DNA of 64,000 bases from Takakia lepidozioides (GCA_030704615.1 CM060731.1:27776001-27840000); one strand, 5' to 3'; numbered from the stretch's first letter, positions 10,920 to 25,036 are shown. Translations and numbers: made by a program. Notes: a model not told the origin generated them from the sequence alone.

Positions 10920-13900
10920 GATTGTCGCTATCGCAGAAGGAGAAGGAGCACATCTTGGTGTTTTGTTTTAGAGAACTAGCAAATCTCCGTATTGGTTTTG
11001 GAAAAGGAGAAGATCTTGGTGTTAGCATGGACACGAGAAGTACGATGAGCGGCGTCGCCGCCAGACCTCGGCAAGGCCTGCAGCGCCGACAACTTAGTGG
11101 AGGTGTTGGCAGTAGCGACAGCGATAGCAGCGCTAAGCGAGCAAGCGGCCGCTGTGCAACAGTGGGCCCCACGCCGGTCAGGCTCGATCGGCTCGTCCCC
11201 CAACTCGTTCAGCCCCGACGCCGTACAGGCAGCCAACTCCAGCCCTCACCACAACCCCTTTACTGCCTACTCCACCATCCCTGGCAGTTCGCTCCCCAGA
11301 GCAACGAGAGGTGCTGAACACAGCCGCAACTGCTCCTACTGGAAGACTTGCTCCTCTTGGAAGACCCCAACGCCATCGTACCCCTACCCCTAGCTCACAT
11401 GTTCCTGATGCGCACCAGAGTCCAAGCTCCAGACACCAAGTTCAAGAAGAGTCGTCATCTTCACAACGGTCTTCTCCGCTGCTGATTCCAGGTTCTTCCA
11501 TTGGCACCCCACCGACCGAAGAACTCCCACAGTGTCTGTTGAGCCCTCCCCCGCTGCGCCTCTCAAGTAGGATTCGAGGTCCCACGCCAGTCACTTCTCC
11601 TCCAGGTTCTCCATCCCATTCTCGGCAGCGGCTTCAAGGCAGCCCAACTCCTCTTGGTCATGAGCCTCTCCACGTGCCTTCTTCTCCAGTTGTGCAGCCT
11701 GCATTGCCAACCCCATCACTCTTACCCCAATAGCAGGCGCCTCTCCCATCAGACCGTACTCCATGCCCAACTTGCGGTCGTCTTTTTGCGCGCATCAGAG
11801 GGCTTACGCGATACTAGCGCACGTGTGCGGCTCTTCATCAGTCCCACACAAATAGTACTTCTCCATTTCAGCCCAGTGTCTTGCACGCGCCACCTCCTGC
11901 CTCTGCTTGGCATTGGCTTTCAGCGCTAGATGTTCTGGGCGCATTTCAGCTAGGACTATCAAGGCCTCGTCTTTATACAAGAATTCCGGTGGCACTATGT
12001 CATGAGGTCCAACTGGCACTCCGTCTACCCTTAGACAGGTTGGCTCGTGATCTTGATGATATACCAGCATGGTATCTTTTCTTGTTATTTCCTCAGTGGT
12101 GTTTGGTTTTGCCCCCTCGTGACGGTCAGTCAGGGCACAGAGAGACGCGCATCCGTCTTCGCCGTTTTTGATCTGGAGATTGGGAGAGTCTGCAAGATGA
12201 GCATCAATTACGGGCACTAGCCCTTGCGGCACGTACCCCTCCCGCTTCCTCCACGCAGCCACCCTCATTGACCCACAGGCGACTTCGTCATAGTCTCATG
12301 TTAGGCCGCGTTGGCGAGTACTCACGCACGACCAAGGCTTTAGCACCTTCCTCACCAGCGCCTCCATCACCGGATACTGTCACTGCCCTCGAAGCCCTTC
12401 ACCCCATTAGCTCAGGATATTCTACCGCTTTTTGTTGAGGACTTCGAGCCAACTAGGATCTCAAGCTAGATCGGGAGGTCTTCACTCAGGCCTTCACGCG
12501 CAGTCCCCATCTTGCAGCGGCGGGTCCTTCCGGTCTCCTGTATGAGCACTTACGCGACTGTTTCTCTCCACAGGACTCTGTTAGTGGCTTCTCTCAGCTA
12601 TTTCAGATTTGCTCCTTTATTGCTGCTGGCCGTATCCCTGCCCCAGTGGCCCGTCTCTTTGGGGCCTCCAGATTGTTGGCTATGAGCAAACCCTCAGGTA
12701 CTGGCATCCGCCCTATCGCAGTTGGAGAGGTTCTTTACCGCCTTGTCAGCCGCTCACTTTGTCTTCAGTTTCGAGATGCCTTCTCCGGACACCTCTTTCC
12801 GCACCAGTTCGGGGTCGCCACTCCAGGCGGTTGCGAGGCGGTGGTTTAGGGGATTCGTGCAGCTCTTGATCTCCATCCGGATTAGGTGGTTCTCCAGGTC
12901 GACGTCACCAACGCTTTCAACACTGTGTCACGAGCGGCTATCTTTCAGGAGCTCTGTTCAGCCGGAGGAGATTTCCACCAGCTCATTCCGTTTGTTCGAT
13001 TATTCTATGCATCTACCACTCCCCTATACTACAGTCATCATTCTCGCCTAGGTGAGTGCTCCATCATTCAGTCCGAGGTTGGGACCCGCCAAGGCGACCC
13101 TTTAGGAGGACCTTTGTTTGCCATGGCTCATGTCCGCGCCCTCACGACTTCTGCACAAGTTCACTCATCTTGTTTTTTTCCGTCGGTGGCAGACGACACG
13201 CACATTGTAGGCCCTGCCTCACAGGTACTTTCAGCTTACTATCATTTTGTCACCCAACTCTTTGTCGTGGGCCTTTCAGTGCAACCTCGCAAATGTGCGG
13301 TGTGGTCTCCATCCGGTCTCCCTACAGATTTTGTCTTCCCTGCTCACTTCATTGCTCCGCCCAATGGCATCAGAATCCTGGGAGTCCCTTTTGACACCAC
13401 CCAGTTCACAACGTTCTTCTTGGAAGATGCACTCCACCAGGATGTCACCCACGCCGATCTCCTTCCTAGGCTCGGAGATGTACAGGTAGCATATGGAATC
13501 TTGACCAAATGTTTCTTTCAGCGTCCCTCATATCTCTTGCGCACTGTTCCACCCAGCCCAGATTTCCTACACCTCTTATCTGGGTTTGATACTACCATGA
13601 TGACTATCTTCGGGAGATTGTTAGGACCAGGAGCTCTGGAGGGTGCTCAGGGACTGTTGCCACGACAACAAGCCACCTTGCCCATCTCTTCCGGTGGTGT
13701 GGGTCTTTTGTCCACTGTCACTACCGCCCCGTCAGCTTTCCTCGGCAGTTGGGCATTGCCAGCCCTCGCTTCACGATTCTCCGTGACCATCGTCCCATCC
13801 TTATGGACGCCGCTGCACATGTCGACAGTGGCATTTTACCGTTCCAGCAGCATCTCCGCTCTGCACGAGATCTTCTTCCGGCACCGGCACGAGCATGTCT

Positions 13901-15007
13901 ACCACCATTTGAGCAGTTGGTTGCTCAAGGCCTCGACCATCTTCAGGAGTCCATTTCCGAGCGCGTGCACCGTCATTCCTTTTCTGGCATGCTCTCAAGT
14001 GCTTCTTCTGAGTTGCATCAAGCCCGACTTCTATCATGCGGAGCAGGGGCATGGTTGACAGCACGACCCACTATCGCACATTTTCGCCTCTCATCCCCTA
14101 TTTTCACTACTGCGCTCCGCCTCTGACTCGGTTCGCCTCATCCTTCGGCATTGGGCCTTCAGCGCTGCGTTTGTCTTCAGCCCATCGATGACCTTGCCAT
14201 CCATCTCCTCCGCTGTCCATGTGGTGATGAGCGCACTGCGTCTCATGATATGGTTCGCGATGCGGTGGCATTTATTGCTCGGGAGGCAGGGTATCATGTA
14301 CTGTGTGAGCAACCACATCTACGACCCATGCTCACGTCTCACTCTACACGTCGCCGTGTTGACATCGTCCTATCTATAAATGGTTTGCGTACCTTAGCAG
14401 ATGTCGTTCTCGCCGATCCCACTCGAGCGGATCTGCTATCTCGCGCAGCTACCACACCAGGCACGGCAGCCACTGTAGCAATCCAAGCCAAGGAGCGCGA
14501 CTACAACGATCGTCATCCCACCGACACATTTCTTCCACTGGCGGTCGAAATATTTGGCTCATTGTACCGGCACTTCGACAATTTCCTGCGGACATATGCA
14601 CATCATGCAGCCAAGAGCGGGTCCACTGGCATCCCACATGCCTCCGTCCTTGTCGCCTACTATCGACAACGTGTTTCAGTTGCTTTGCCTCGGGCTGATG
14701 TGGCTAGCTCCGCGTCATCTCGTCTTCCGCCTCTGCATGACACTTTGTCTATCTCCTTGCCTGATCTCCTCCAGGCTGTTGGCTGGGAGGGTCGCTCTGC
14801 TTGAGTAGTTTACTATAGCTTCTGTTTTCGTCGCTGGTTAAGTAGCTTACTATAGCTTTTGTTTTTTTCTCTAGCTGAGTAGCTTATTATAGCTTTTTGT
14901 TTTCTTCTCTTGTTTCTTGTTCCTCCCCCCCCCTTTTTGGGAACTTCACATCATATGCACGTTCACCCATTGTACATGTTGTAAATAAAGTCTTACAGTC
15001 TTACAGG
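10920..15007 (+). mobile_element. Non-LTR retrotransposon of CRE-like type (RT plus C-terminal restriction-like endonuclease), degenerate
   Basis: N-terminal CPTC zinc finger (~11770); RT motifs IRPIAVGE, QFGV, DVTNAFN, RQGDPLG, VADD; C-terminal CxC...HxxxC, RTASHD, RRVDIV...ADV, KERDY; 3' AATAAA followed by (GTCTTACA)2; 5' end approximate. Confidence 0.85.
14803..14905 (+). repeat. Three ~37-bp repeats (gagtagcttactatagctt...) in LINE 3' UTR
   Basis: Visible at ~14803, ~14839 and ~14877. Confidence 0.7.
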
Positions 15008-16601
15008 GTTTCATCATCTTTGCATAGGGTACGTAAAAGACAAATCGAACAGAAGTGCATGAAAATGTAGGCCCACCTTCTGCTAAGCTGGTAGAGATTC
15101 CTTTGTGGGGGTGGTTTCAAATCAGCCATCACCTTAGCTAACAATTCGAAGACCTGGCCAGCTTGAATTTTGAGTTGGGATGTTTGCTGTAGAATTGAAG
15201 GTTGTGATTGCGTGGAAGCATGGTGGCTGCGGAGATAGCGACAGGTAGCTGAATGAGGGAGGGAGGGGGAGGGATTCCGTGGGTGCAGATCCTTCCTTCC
15301 TAGATGGCCAGATCTTCAAGCACAAGCGTAACAACGAGGCAAACGAGGCAATAAACCTGCTTCGGAGGAGGATGATCTGGAGTATCTATTGTCCTGAGAG
15401 TTGTCCCTACCTACTGTTCCACATTCACCCCCCCTGTCAACATGGGGATCGTCGCAAAAAGCAATTTCCTTGTTATCATGATTGAATCCTTGTAGGTCTG
15501 TTTGGACATGTCATTCATTGCTACTGAATTGCAGGAAAATGTCCAATAGTAAAAAATAGGCCTACCAGAGTTTGGAAGAATACTTTTCGCAGCCCACTCA
15601 ATTTGCAATCTCATTTGCAAAGATGTATTGTATCTGTATTGTATTCCTCAAGCTAGCTGTTAGATTGTCATGATTCAGAACACTGCTTTTGCAGAATCTC
15701 CTCCATTTTGATGCTCCTTAGGGATCTAACCCGGAAACTAGTGTTCTGAGGACATGGACATGACCGTCCACAAAACAGTCTATATTATCAGTATAAAGCA
15801 ACCTGCAGGTGCCAGATTCTTCACACAGGGCTGGTAGATGGTAACCTTACTTTCTTATCTCTGGAATGTCAACCACCACTATTAACTTTTAAATTCCACT
15901 TGGGTTTTCAAATATTGAAGAAGCCCCTTGCTTCTTGTCCCATATCTGGTAGCTTTAATTTGCATCACCAGTCCTAGCTACCTTGCCTTTTAACTGCCTC
16001 ATAAAATGATATCCAGATCACTTGTGCAAATGCATTGTCCTACCTTCTTCTGTTAGCACCACCATTAGGCATATCCCAGTCTGTTTATCACTAACAGCCC
16101 TGATATAACTTAAGCAGTACACAGCCCAGTAGCACCCTCTGGGAATCGGCAGGTCAATCCTATGTAGCAACCCCAATGCATTTGTAAATACAACTAATGA
16201 GGAAACAAACAGTCTCTCAACTTTCCAAGCAGAAGACTCTGAATCTGAACCATCTTTTACCATTTCACATTAAGTTTCCAGTTTCTGACACTTACATACC
16301 TTCACAGAAAATACTGAGTCTAAAATTATATTCACAATTTGTGGACAAATCATCCAGGAGTTTCCTCTGCAAAGTGAGGTGTCTTCTTCATTTCCTCCTT
16401 GCCCACCCTGCTGCTACTCCTTCTCCACCCCTTCTTTCCTCAGCATGCCCAGCTTAGCAAGTCATGCACAAATGCAAAATTGTCTTCTTCCCACATTGCA
16501 GGCCTCAGAAAACGACACATGTTTTGCTCCCCTCTGCACGAGAGCAGCTAAACCTTGACCAACACAAAACTTTGTCCTCCTCTGTACAATAATCCACCTC
16601 C

Positions 16602-18533
16602 TTATACGGGGATATCATACACCCTGCTACCATTTGGATAGAAAAGACCCCAGTTGCGCTCCGAGGTGGGGCCAGGTTTTAGATTCTCATTGAACAAGGC
16701 AAATATGTAGGTGTCAAAAGAAACCCACGGCCTCATGGGTGTTCCAACAGGGTGGCTTGGATCGCTGTGTTTCACAATGTTACTGACATATGTAGCAGCA
16801 TTTGAGATGCCAGCCCCCAACTCAGTAGGATCCCCTTTGGTTGGCCACCCAGTCTCACTAACAACAATAGGCACCTTACTGTGGTTAAGAGAGTTCATTG
16901 CAGATATTGCTGCATCCACCATTGCCTCAAACAAGTTGGAGTAGTGAAGGCCTGTGGTGGAATCATTAACTCCAGTGGCACCAGCTTCAGCAAGGGCATA
17001 GTTAAGGGGGATGTTTTTCCCTCCATCGGCCACGTAGGGAAAGAATGGGTAGACATTGAGCATGAAGAAGGACCCAGTTTCGGTAAGGAAATCCAACATA
17101 GGGTGCATGATAGAGCTGGCTATGGCACTGTTGAAGACTCCCGCTGAAGGTGGATATGAAACAGCCAGCACACCCATGGAGTTTGGTGTTGATATCTTAA
17201 TACTCTCGTCAAGCCCATAATGCACAAGTGCAGTGTGCAAGTTCCACATGGCTGGCACAAGTGCAGGCCACACACTTGCATCACCTGAGAGCACCTGAGG
17301 AGACATGGAAGAATGTCAGATCACACTCTCTCACGCAGACACAGACAACTGGCATAATGCCCATACGTCTAATTCTCAGCAAGATTGTGAAAAGCTTCTG
17401 CATATGGCACATCTTCAACAACAGATACTTCTTACCCTGGTTGTGATGCGAACCTAAAGTAAGGCGGTGACAAACCAAACCCTCCTCTGTAAAACTGATG
17501 AATTACCTCGTTCCCCACGGCTATGGTAGTGATGCGTGTCGCACGGACATGTCCTACGATATTTCTTCTCAGCCAGCGCCGAGCGGTTGGTTCACTTTGT
17601 GCAAGGGATATAATTGCGTCGTTTTGAACGCAGACGACCAGAGAGATGCCTGTGTTGGCAAACGCCCTAATCACAGCCCTGTCTGTATCGAATATCTTAA
17701 CCTTGTCGATGTTCAGCGACCGCACCAGCTCCAATACTGTCCTTGGCGGGGGCAGGTTGTTTGCCACACGCCCATAGTTGATTCCAATGGATCCTTCTGC
17801 AACAGACAGCCAGCCATTAAACAACAAGATAGGCAGAAGGAAGGTAGGCTTGACGTGATGAAGTACTACTATGCAGGTTCAGAAAGCAGGATAAAAAATA
17901 TCCGTCGGGGTGAGGTGATATCCTTGGTGTGCTTCCCAAGTATGCGCCACTGCAGGAGAACACAACGGGCTAAGCAATGATCTCTCGTCGTGCTCACAGG
18001 CGAGGCGATTCGAAATTTGAGCATTCTCCATGGCAAGCACATCTTGCAAGACAAGTTTTGCACTGATACCATCTACAAGTGCATGTAGCGATCTATACTG
18101 CACTTTGCAACTGACACAGACTGATAAAATTCAAACGAAAGGTGAGTGAAACCTCCCGTCCCCTCCTAAACATATTCCATGCATTCAAAACGTTGAGTGA
18201 AAACAGAGCCGAGATGAGCACCTAGTTTTGACATTAATGACACGGATTCATTCGAAGTAGGTTGAGCAGCTACACAAAGGGTAGAGAGCATAGGCACACA
18301 GGGTCAGAAACAAGGCAACACAGACTGATTCAACATCAATGGTTCCCATCCACGAGAGACACCCAATCTCCACCTCCGGCCACATTTCGAACAACAAGAA
18401 AAAGTCGAGTCCAGGAATCGGTCACAGGAGCTGAAAATCTCACTCGGTTCATGAGCATACCAGCAAGCGGAATCGACAGTGTGGGCCACAACATCAGCAA
18501 AAAGGAAACGCAAGCACGCCAGCAGTGAGCCAT
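16602..18533 (-). CDS. Glucan endo-1,3-beta-glucosidase (GH17), 3 coding exons 18533-18461, 17796-17507, 17294-16602 (~351 aa, signal peptide, no X8/GPI tail)
   Basis: IGINYGRVANNLP, IAVGNE, VSETGWP, YIFALFNENLKPG, ERNWGLF; GT-AG junctions keep the frame; hydrophobic MAHCWRACVSFLLMLW leader. Confidence 0.93.
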
Positions 18534-19530
18534 CTGAAAGACCTCGCACTGAACCGAGAAAAGAATTCCCCTCGGGCTCTGCTTCCAGAGTTGGTACAGT
18601 TAAGTCGTGTCCGGATCCTTCTCGCTGCAATCCGAGCACTACCGCACCAATTCTTCACCAGATTGTCTGAGAAAAACTCACTCTGAACTCAGACAAGAAT
18701 TGCGATGTGGATCTGCTGAGGTGGGAAGGGCGCAGGCTTTAATCACGACAATGTTCCCGTTGCAGCAGCGGGCAGCAGCATTAACACACTGACGGCTCCT
18801 CTCAACGGTCTCCCCACCTATTAAGTTTAGCGCGCGTTTACACCTTGACGGCCCGCCCCACGCTTCAAAGTTCACCCCCACATTCATCCATCCACATAAA
18901 ACTTCATCCTGTATAATCTCTATCTGTACCATAAGATAAATCTTTCATGATATTGTTTTGCCAAGACGTGTGATGAGTTGTGCGGGTTTCGAGATGCCAT
19001 CCGGGCTGTCCCCATCTGGGAAATATGAAACCCTAGAAAAAGTTTCATTGGCTGCTACCTGCCTCGAAATCCGAGCAGGGCTCGTTGCGCACATCGAGGC
19101 AAACCCAGATGTAAGTTAAGTGGGGCCATGGCACTTTGCTGCACTGCTTTCCATTCATAACTAGGGTTTACTTTTTCCCTGTCCTTATTTAATTTTGATC
19201 AACTGGGCCTCCATCCCCATTTAATTTAAGAAAAAGAACTTACATAATTTGTAAAGAGAGGAGAAAATATAAATAAACATAATCTGCTCCATAGTCCATA
19301 GCAATGAGTTACAATAAGGTTTTTAGGAAATGTAAATAAATCAAGAACATTCAGTAGAAAAAATTTAAATATATATATGTAAGTTAAACAATAATAAAAT
19401 GACCATCCATAAAGTTGAAATGACCAATTTCAATATTTAAAATAGACCCCTCAATAACTTATCAATAAATTAATCAGGGCAATAAACCCTGTTAACCAAT
19501 AAATAAATAAAAGACTTGGAAAACTGACTT

Positions 19531-19763
19531 TTTTTTTTTTTTAAAGGAAACCTGGGAGCGACTGCTCACAATTCAGGCTCTTGAGGAGGGGCAAAAAATA
19601 ACCCCCTTTTCATATAAGCTATTAGGCACGCAGGTGGGAAAAATCACCACCAGACCAACCGGTCAGGAACAATCCACACACCGCGTGGGGAAGCGGGTTT
19701 GAACCCTGAACCACCAGGGCGACACATTGTGCACTTACCAGCCCAGCTACCAACCGATGTGCG
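19531..19763 (-). mobile_element. tRNA-derived SINE
   Basis: Minus strand A-box-like TGGTAGCTGGGCTGG and B-box GGTTCAAACC, poly(A) tail, 8-bp TSD ACTGACTT (19523-19530, 19764-19771). Confidence 0.85.
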
Positions 19764-20959
19764 ACTGACTTGAATATTAAAAGGGGCCGACTGAATGGTA
19801 CTTCAAAAATTGATCTCTCCTGTTTTTTTCATTTTTTCATTTGTGTTTTTAAGGAAAGGGGACGGTGGCCCTTTTAATCAAAAAAGACCATTCCAATATT
19901 GAAATCTCCATTTAAGTAGTTAAAATGGTTCAAATAGCTCAACTTTATTATTGCTATTATTTATTTTAATAGTGTGGTCTCTTGTTTTTAGTGTAGAGAT
20001 GTCGGTTAAAGTCCAGGGGAGTTTGACTTTTATAAAAAGCGGAGTTGATATAAGTGAAACATCTGCAATTTGCTATAAGTTGAAACGAACGAGTTGGCTC
20101 CACTAAGATAGTGAGATAGGGATTCCACCTCTTTCAATATAATCTTACAAAACTCTCCACACAACAAGGTTTCTAAACATAGAAACCTATACAACATTGG
20201 TAGGAACCAAAAAGCATATGGTACAACACACAACTAGAGGACAACACTGCATTACACATGTAGCCTATAGCCTATAGGCTGCCAAAACATGCACTATGGC
20301 ATCTTTGCTTGTGTCAACCAACAATATTCTTTGGTTCCTCAGGTTATTCCACTTCCTCTACCAAGGATATAGTCAAAAGCTAGTCTTGCCAACTCTATGG
20401 AGTATCTAACTTGGCTCAAGACTTTAGGATGCCAACTCTATTAATACACCAAATGCACATGGACAACACGTCTAAAGTATATACTCCTGCACCAACTACG
20501 CTTGCTAACTCCCTCGCATCCTTTTCCAACAACAACCACCATATTCATCAATGAGGAATTATAAAATGCCAAGTACAAAAAATAGGAAAATGTGGATGCA
20601 TTGCCGAAGCAAACGTAAATCATGGTTTCTCTTGATCCCAAAGAGCTATTGCGTTCCAATGCAAAGTAATCACTTTCATGACATCCAACATGTGGTTTGA
20701 ACTCGCGACTATTATTGAAACAGTTAAATGTTGGTTGTCCAGGGCAAGTAGTATATATATGTGAAGCAGCCCCGTAAGCATGGAGATTAAACTCTAAACA
20801 AGTGAAACTGTATTGTCTATGGCATGCAAAGCAAAAAAGATGAAAAAAGCTATATAAGTTGACTAAAGGATAAAACTCCTTGAAGGAAAAATCCCAATTG
20901 TATGCAGGTCGATGTCAATCATAGCACATGCACAAATTAAAACAACCACCTCCATTAAT

Positions 20960-21460
20960 TGAGCAGAACTCAGTACCTTGGTCAAATAACTACTAGATCC
21001 AAAGGACTGTCCACCAGGACTACCCCAGGAAACACCATACTACGCTCAATGGCTGGTCTACCTGGCAACTCCTGCACCCAGCTTGCAGCTGCCACTTGCC
21101 ATGACACAGCTGTGGCTGTCTTCACCCTTGAATCCAGGGCATTTATGCACTGTACCTTATCCGCTATCCCTGTAGATAGTGCTGATGCATCACCATTCTC
21201 ATAGAGTGCAGCTGCCAGTCTAAACACTGTAGTTGGCTGAATCCCTGGCATTGCAATGGTCGTGGTAGAAAACAATGGAGCTTGGCAAACTGATGTAGCC
21301 GCCCCAACAATGTACTGGCTGCACCTTGCTTTGCAGCACCACCCAATGGCACTCGTGACTTTATCTCTGACACACTTGGGTGAGCGGGTGCCATCGAAGG
21401 CGTGGTTGGCACTGTCTCAGCCAATGTGAAAGACTGTGGAAGTCTTATCTATCGACTTGC
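20960..21460 (-). mobile_element. Diverged fragment of the same DNMT-Gypsy family (gag-PR linker)
   Basis: Translates to VFRLAAAL...RVKTATAVSWQ...ELPGRPAIERSM, matching 6410-6930. Confidence 0.85.
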
Positions 21461-23885
21461 TAAAAGGATGACCAGCTGACCCCCACTTTAAATCTGAAGG
21501 AAACACCCAGCTATACAAGATAATAATCTTCTTCGGATTTCCAAACAAGCTTTAATCCACCCTGGAGAAAAGATTGCAACAAGATTAAAGGTTCAGTCAA
21601 CCTCCCTCTCCCATCCCTGTGGCCCTTTCATTCAATAACAAGTTCAAAAGGCTCAGTGAAAGCAGTCCTGACTTGAGCATGGCTTGTTTTGGCGTTTTAA
21701 ACATAGTTGTGAATGCAACTCCCAGCACTCCTTTATCTTTAAATGTCCTGCAAACCAAGCATGTCGTCTTTCATTGGAACTCTGAAATCAAAGAAACTTC
21801 ACAAGCACAGAAGCATAGCTGGTGAGTGACATGGTTTCTAGGACCCACCAGCTTTTGGCACACTGAGGATTGAAGGAGGCCACTGAAAGTGCCCTAAACC
21901 AGCACTAGTTTTGGAGTGCAAAAGGCTTGTTATAATGTCATCTCATCAAGCATGCATATCAACATTGGACCCAAATACTACTAAATATGGTGTAATTTTA
22001 TCACCTACACACTTCTTATCGTTTATGGCATCACAAGATGTCTTGCCCTCAAACAAACCCCTCGTCCCCAAAACCTCCTCTACATCAATCTAATGTGAAA
22101 CTACATGCAATTTTTGCAGGTAAAAAAGGAGGGTAGACGAGAAACCGAGGGGAATATGCTTCAAAAAGGAGGAAATAATCCCTAGCAACTAGTGCTCTCA
22201 CATTCTCCATTCGAACCACCACCTGTAAGCGAGAATGACGTGAGAATGACCTGAATCCCAGTCATTGCCGTTGTTAGACTGGCTCCCTTTTGTTGCAATC
22301 TCTGCTTAAACCACTGTCACACCTGAAATGCATTGTGGGAACACATTTGTCTGAGGAGGAACTTCTAGGAGTGTCTCGTGTAGAACTCAAACAAACTACA
22401 ATACTCCTCTGTCAGGGAAGTAGAATTTTTTTGCGTCCATAGCAGACAAATGGGACACAATAGGCTATGGTAAAGAGATCACTGCACCTTGTCATTGCGG
22501 ACAGCAATGGTGGCTCTTTGTGGGACAAAAGAGTTGGCACTTGCTAACACATCAATATCCCGAGGGTGTATTCCCTGCCCACATCCCAAACTCAACACGT
22601 CATTATCAGCAGACCATTCAAAACACAAGCTATACTGAAAATCCACCTCACAAGTTTTCAAATACAGAGAGAATCGCGACTTTCAAGGAGAAATGTACAC
22701 GTCCACCGATTTGTCTGGAAATTTTGTGATACTTCTTCTTATAAAGCACTTGGGATTGCTTTGTCAGCCAGAGTTTCTGGCACGAAATCACATGGTAAAA
22801 CATACGGTGAAGATACATTACACATTCAGGCATTACATGAAAAGATTAGATAAGCATGTGTGGCATCCATACATATACCACAACTTCTTGATTCTAGGTG
22901 AAGAACAAAAATCTTATTAGGCTCGCTGAGCATTATCTCCAGAGGATGTGTGCATACAAACCTAAATATTGTGCCAGTATACATATCAAGGTGCCCTCAC
23001 CAATTCAGCTGAAGTGAGACACAGAGAGTGCCATGACCCATCTTTGTTGATTCGAACAACATTATATTTCACCCCTCCCTCTAGCGTTGTTATGTGTGAG
23101 CCCTTTTTCCTGATGTGTTGAAGAGTGAGATGAACCCTTGTCTTCCTCTCCTTTCTTACCCTGCACGAATTCCTCTGTGCTAAAACCTTTACATATTTGG
23201 GGATTGTACAGCTGAGACTTTTGTGGAGTCTTTAGTGGAATTGCACCCAGAGATGGTCTCATTCAGTTACTACCAAGAGAGATCCACCTCCACCTCCAAC
23301 AAAGAGAGGCAAAGGGTTGAGACGCAACATCTCCTTCGCATATAGCCAACGTGAAAGACAAGCGCCATAATGTCTTATGAACACAGTCGAATATGATGGT
23401 TCATGGACAGAGAAAGGTCCTGGAATTTGAAGGGATGCTAAGACTCTGCCCACCTCAGGAAGAGCTGCAGACCATTTATTGATACTACAGCTTTGTCTTA
23501 ATTTGAATGAAGAAGTGGGTATCTCAAGAAGACAGATCGCAATAGGTGAAGCTGTGTCTGTCCCACCGTATTTGGAAAGTGGTTTGTCAAGAATCTGACC
23601 TACTAGACACTCATTCTGACCTAAATTTTCACAGGAAATAACTGTAGTTTCTAAACCTAGAAAACATCTGTGGAATTCAATGCATCGGCAATCCCCCGAA
23701 CAGAGCCCTTGCCAGATGTTGTAAGTGCACTCCATCCATGTTTTCCCTGAGTGCCTACAGGCAGGGCAAGACTTCGAATTGCATGAAACGAAAGTTACCA
23801 AAAGAAATCCCCAAAGACTCCACTTGCAATAGGAACATTAGGCACTAGAGCAACTATCCCCGATCATGGACAAACTTGTGGGCAT

Positions 23886-25036
23886 ACTGGAGGTCTCAGG
23901 TTTCATATTGGGTTACCCATGCCGATAATACCACCATTGGTGACATCCATCCATCCATCCATCCATCCACCAATGTCACCAATGTCACCAATGTCGTCAA
24001 TGTCGGCCCGATTTTCCATCCATCCGTAGCATGCACGGATGAAGTCCGATGAACGAGCGGCTTGAACGAAAAATGTAGCACGGAACGAGCTGCACACATA
24101 GGTCTTTATGGCGCCCCCAACAGAGAAAAACTCCGCCCGTCAGGAATTTTTTGAAGTTTCGAAATTGCAGGATTTTGGGTGGAGGGGGCACGGCAGTTGA
24201 CCGTCGACGTGGCAAGTGGCAGTAGCCACATGGGTGGGATTTTGCGACGGGGGGCAATGCAGGGGTTGGAGTGGGGGGCTTGTGAGGCCCTCCCCAAAAC
24301 GCCGAGGAACAGGGGGCGGCTCGAATGAGCTGGCCCTGGCAAATAATGGGAAAGCTCAACGTGGCCCGGAAAACGTCGCCGGATTCAGGCGAAATTGATT
24401 CAGGCGAAATTCTGGCCACCGATTGCCTGACTTGGAGGAGGCCGGAAATTTCACAAAATCCCACATCCCAAATGCAATTTAGGGAATTTTTGGGAAATTC
24501 TTGGGCAGGCTTGTGTAGTTCTTGGCCTATGAGGGACTGACCGTTGGAATTCCCAAATAAAGGAGAATTTGGGGTCCCAATTGGGCCTATACCATTTTCT
24601 TTGTAAATTCTCTTTTTGGACCCCCATTCCAGTCACATACAAAGCACCCCCCCCTTCATTTTGGCAGATTGGGGTGAAATTTGGTGCTAGGGTTTGGGAT
24701 TGTGCACTTCACAGGAATATAGCACTTTTTCTCCCAGGAAAATAATTTGGGATCATGGATAATTTGCTTGGTCAAACATGAATTTTTTCTTTGTTTTTTC
24801 CATTTTCAAAAAAATGCACCGTCTTCAAATGTTATAATCTCCCAAACTACACGGTGGAATCTCCCTAAATTTGGGGGGCTTGTGCATCTTGTAGGTAGGA
24901 AGCAGTTTGTACGGTTCATCCACATGGATGAACGTTGGTGGGCAGGTAGCCGCTGACGTGTGAGGGTGGGTCCCGGAATTGTCCAAAAACCCAAAAACAC
25001 CTCTCGTCCTTTAGGGGTTAACATCCCTATCAACTT
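23886..25036. mobile_element. Probable non-autonomous repeat element with (ATCC)n and CCAATGTCA repeats near one end
   Basis: Non-coding, compositionally distinct block; microsatellite at 23945-23968; boundaries and class uncertain. Confidence 0.4.

Noticed and set aside
19660-19763. Functional tRNA gene
   Set aside because: A and B boxes are present but there is no convincing cloverleaf; it has a body, poly(A) and TSD typical of a SINE
22440-23830. ORFs including the 180-aa ORF 23259-23801
   Set aside because: No recognisable domain in any frame I read; probably decayed coding or TE sequence
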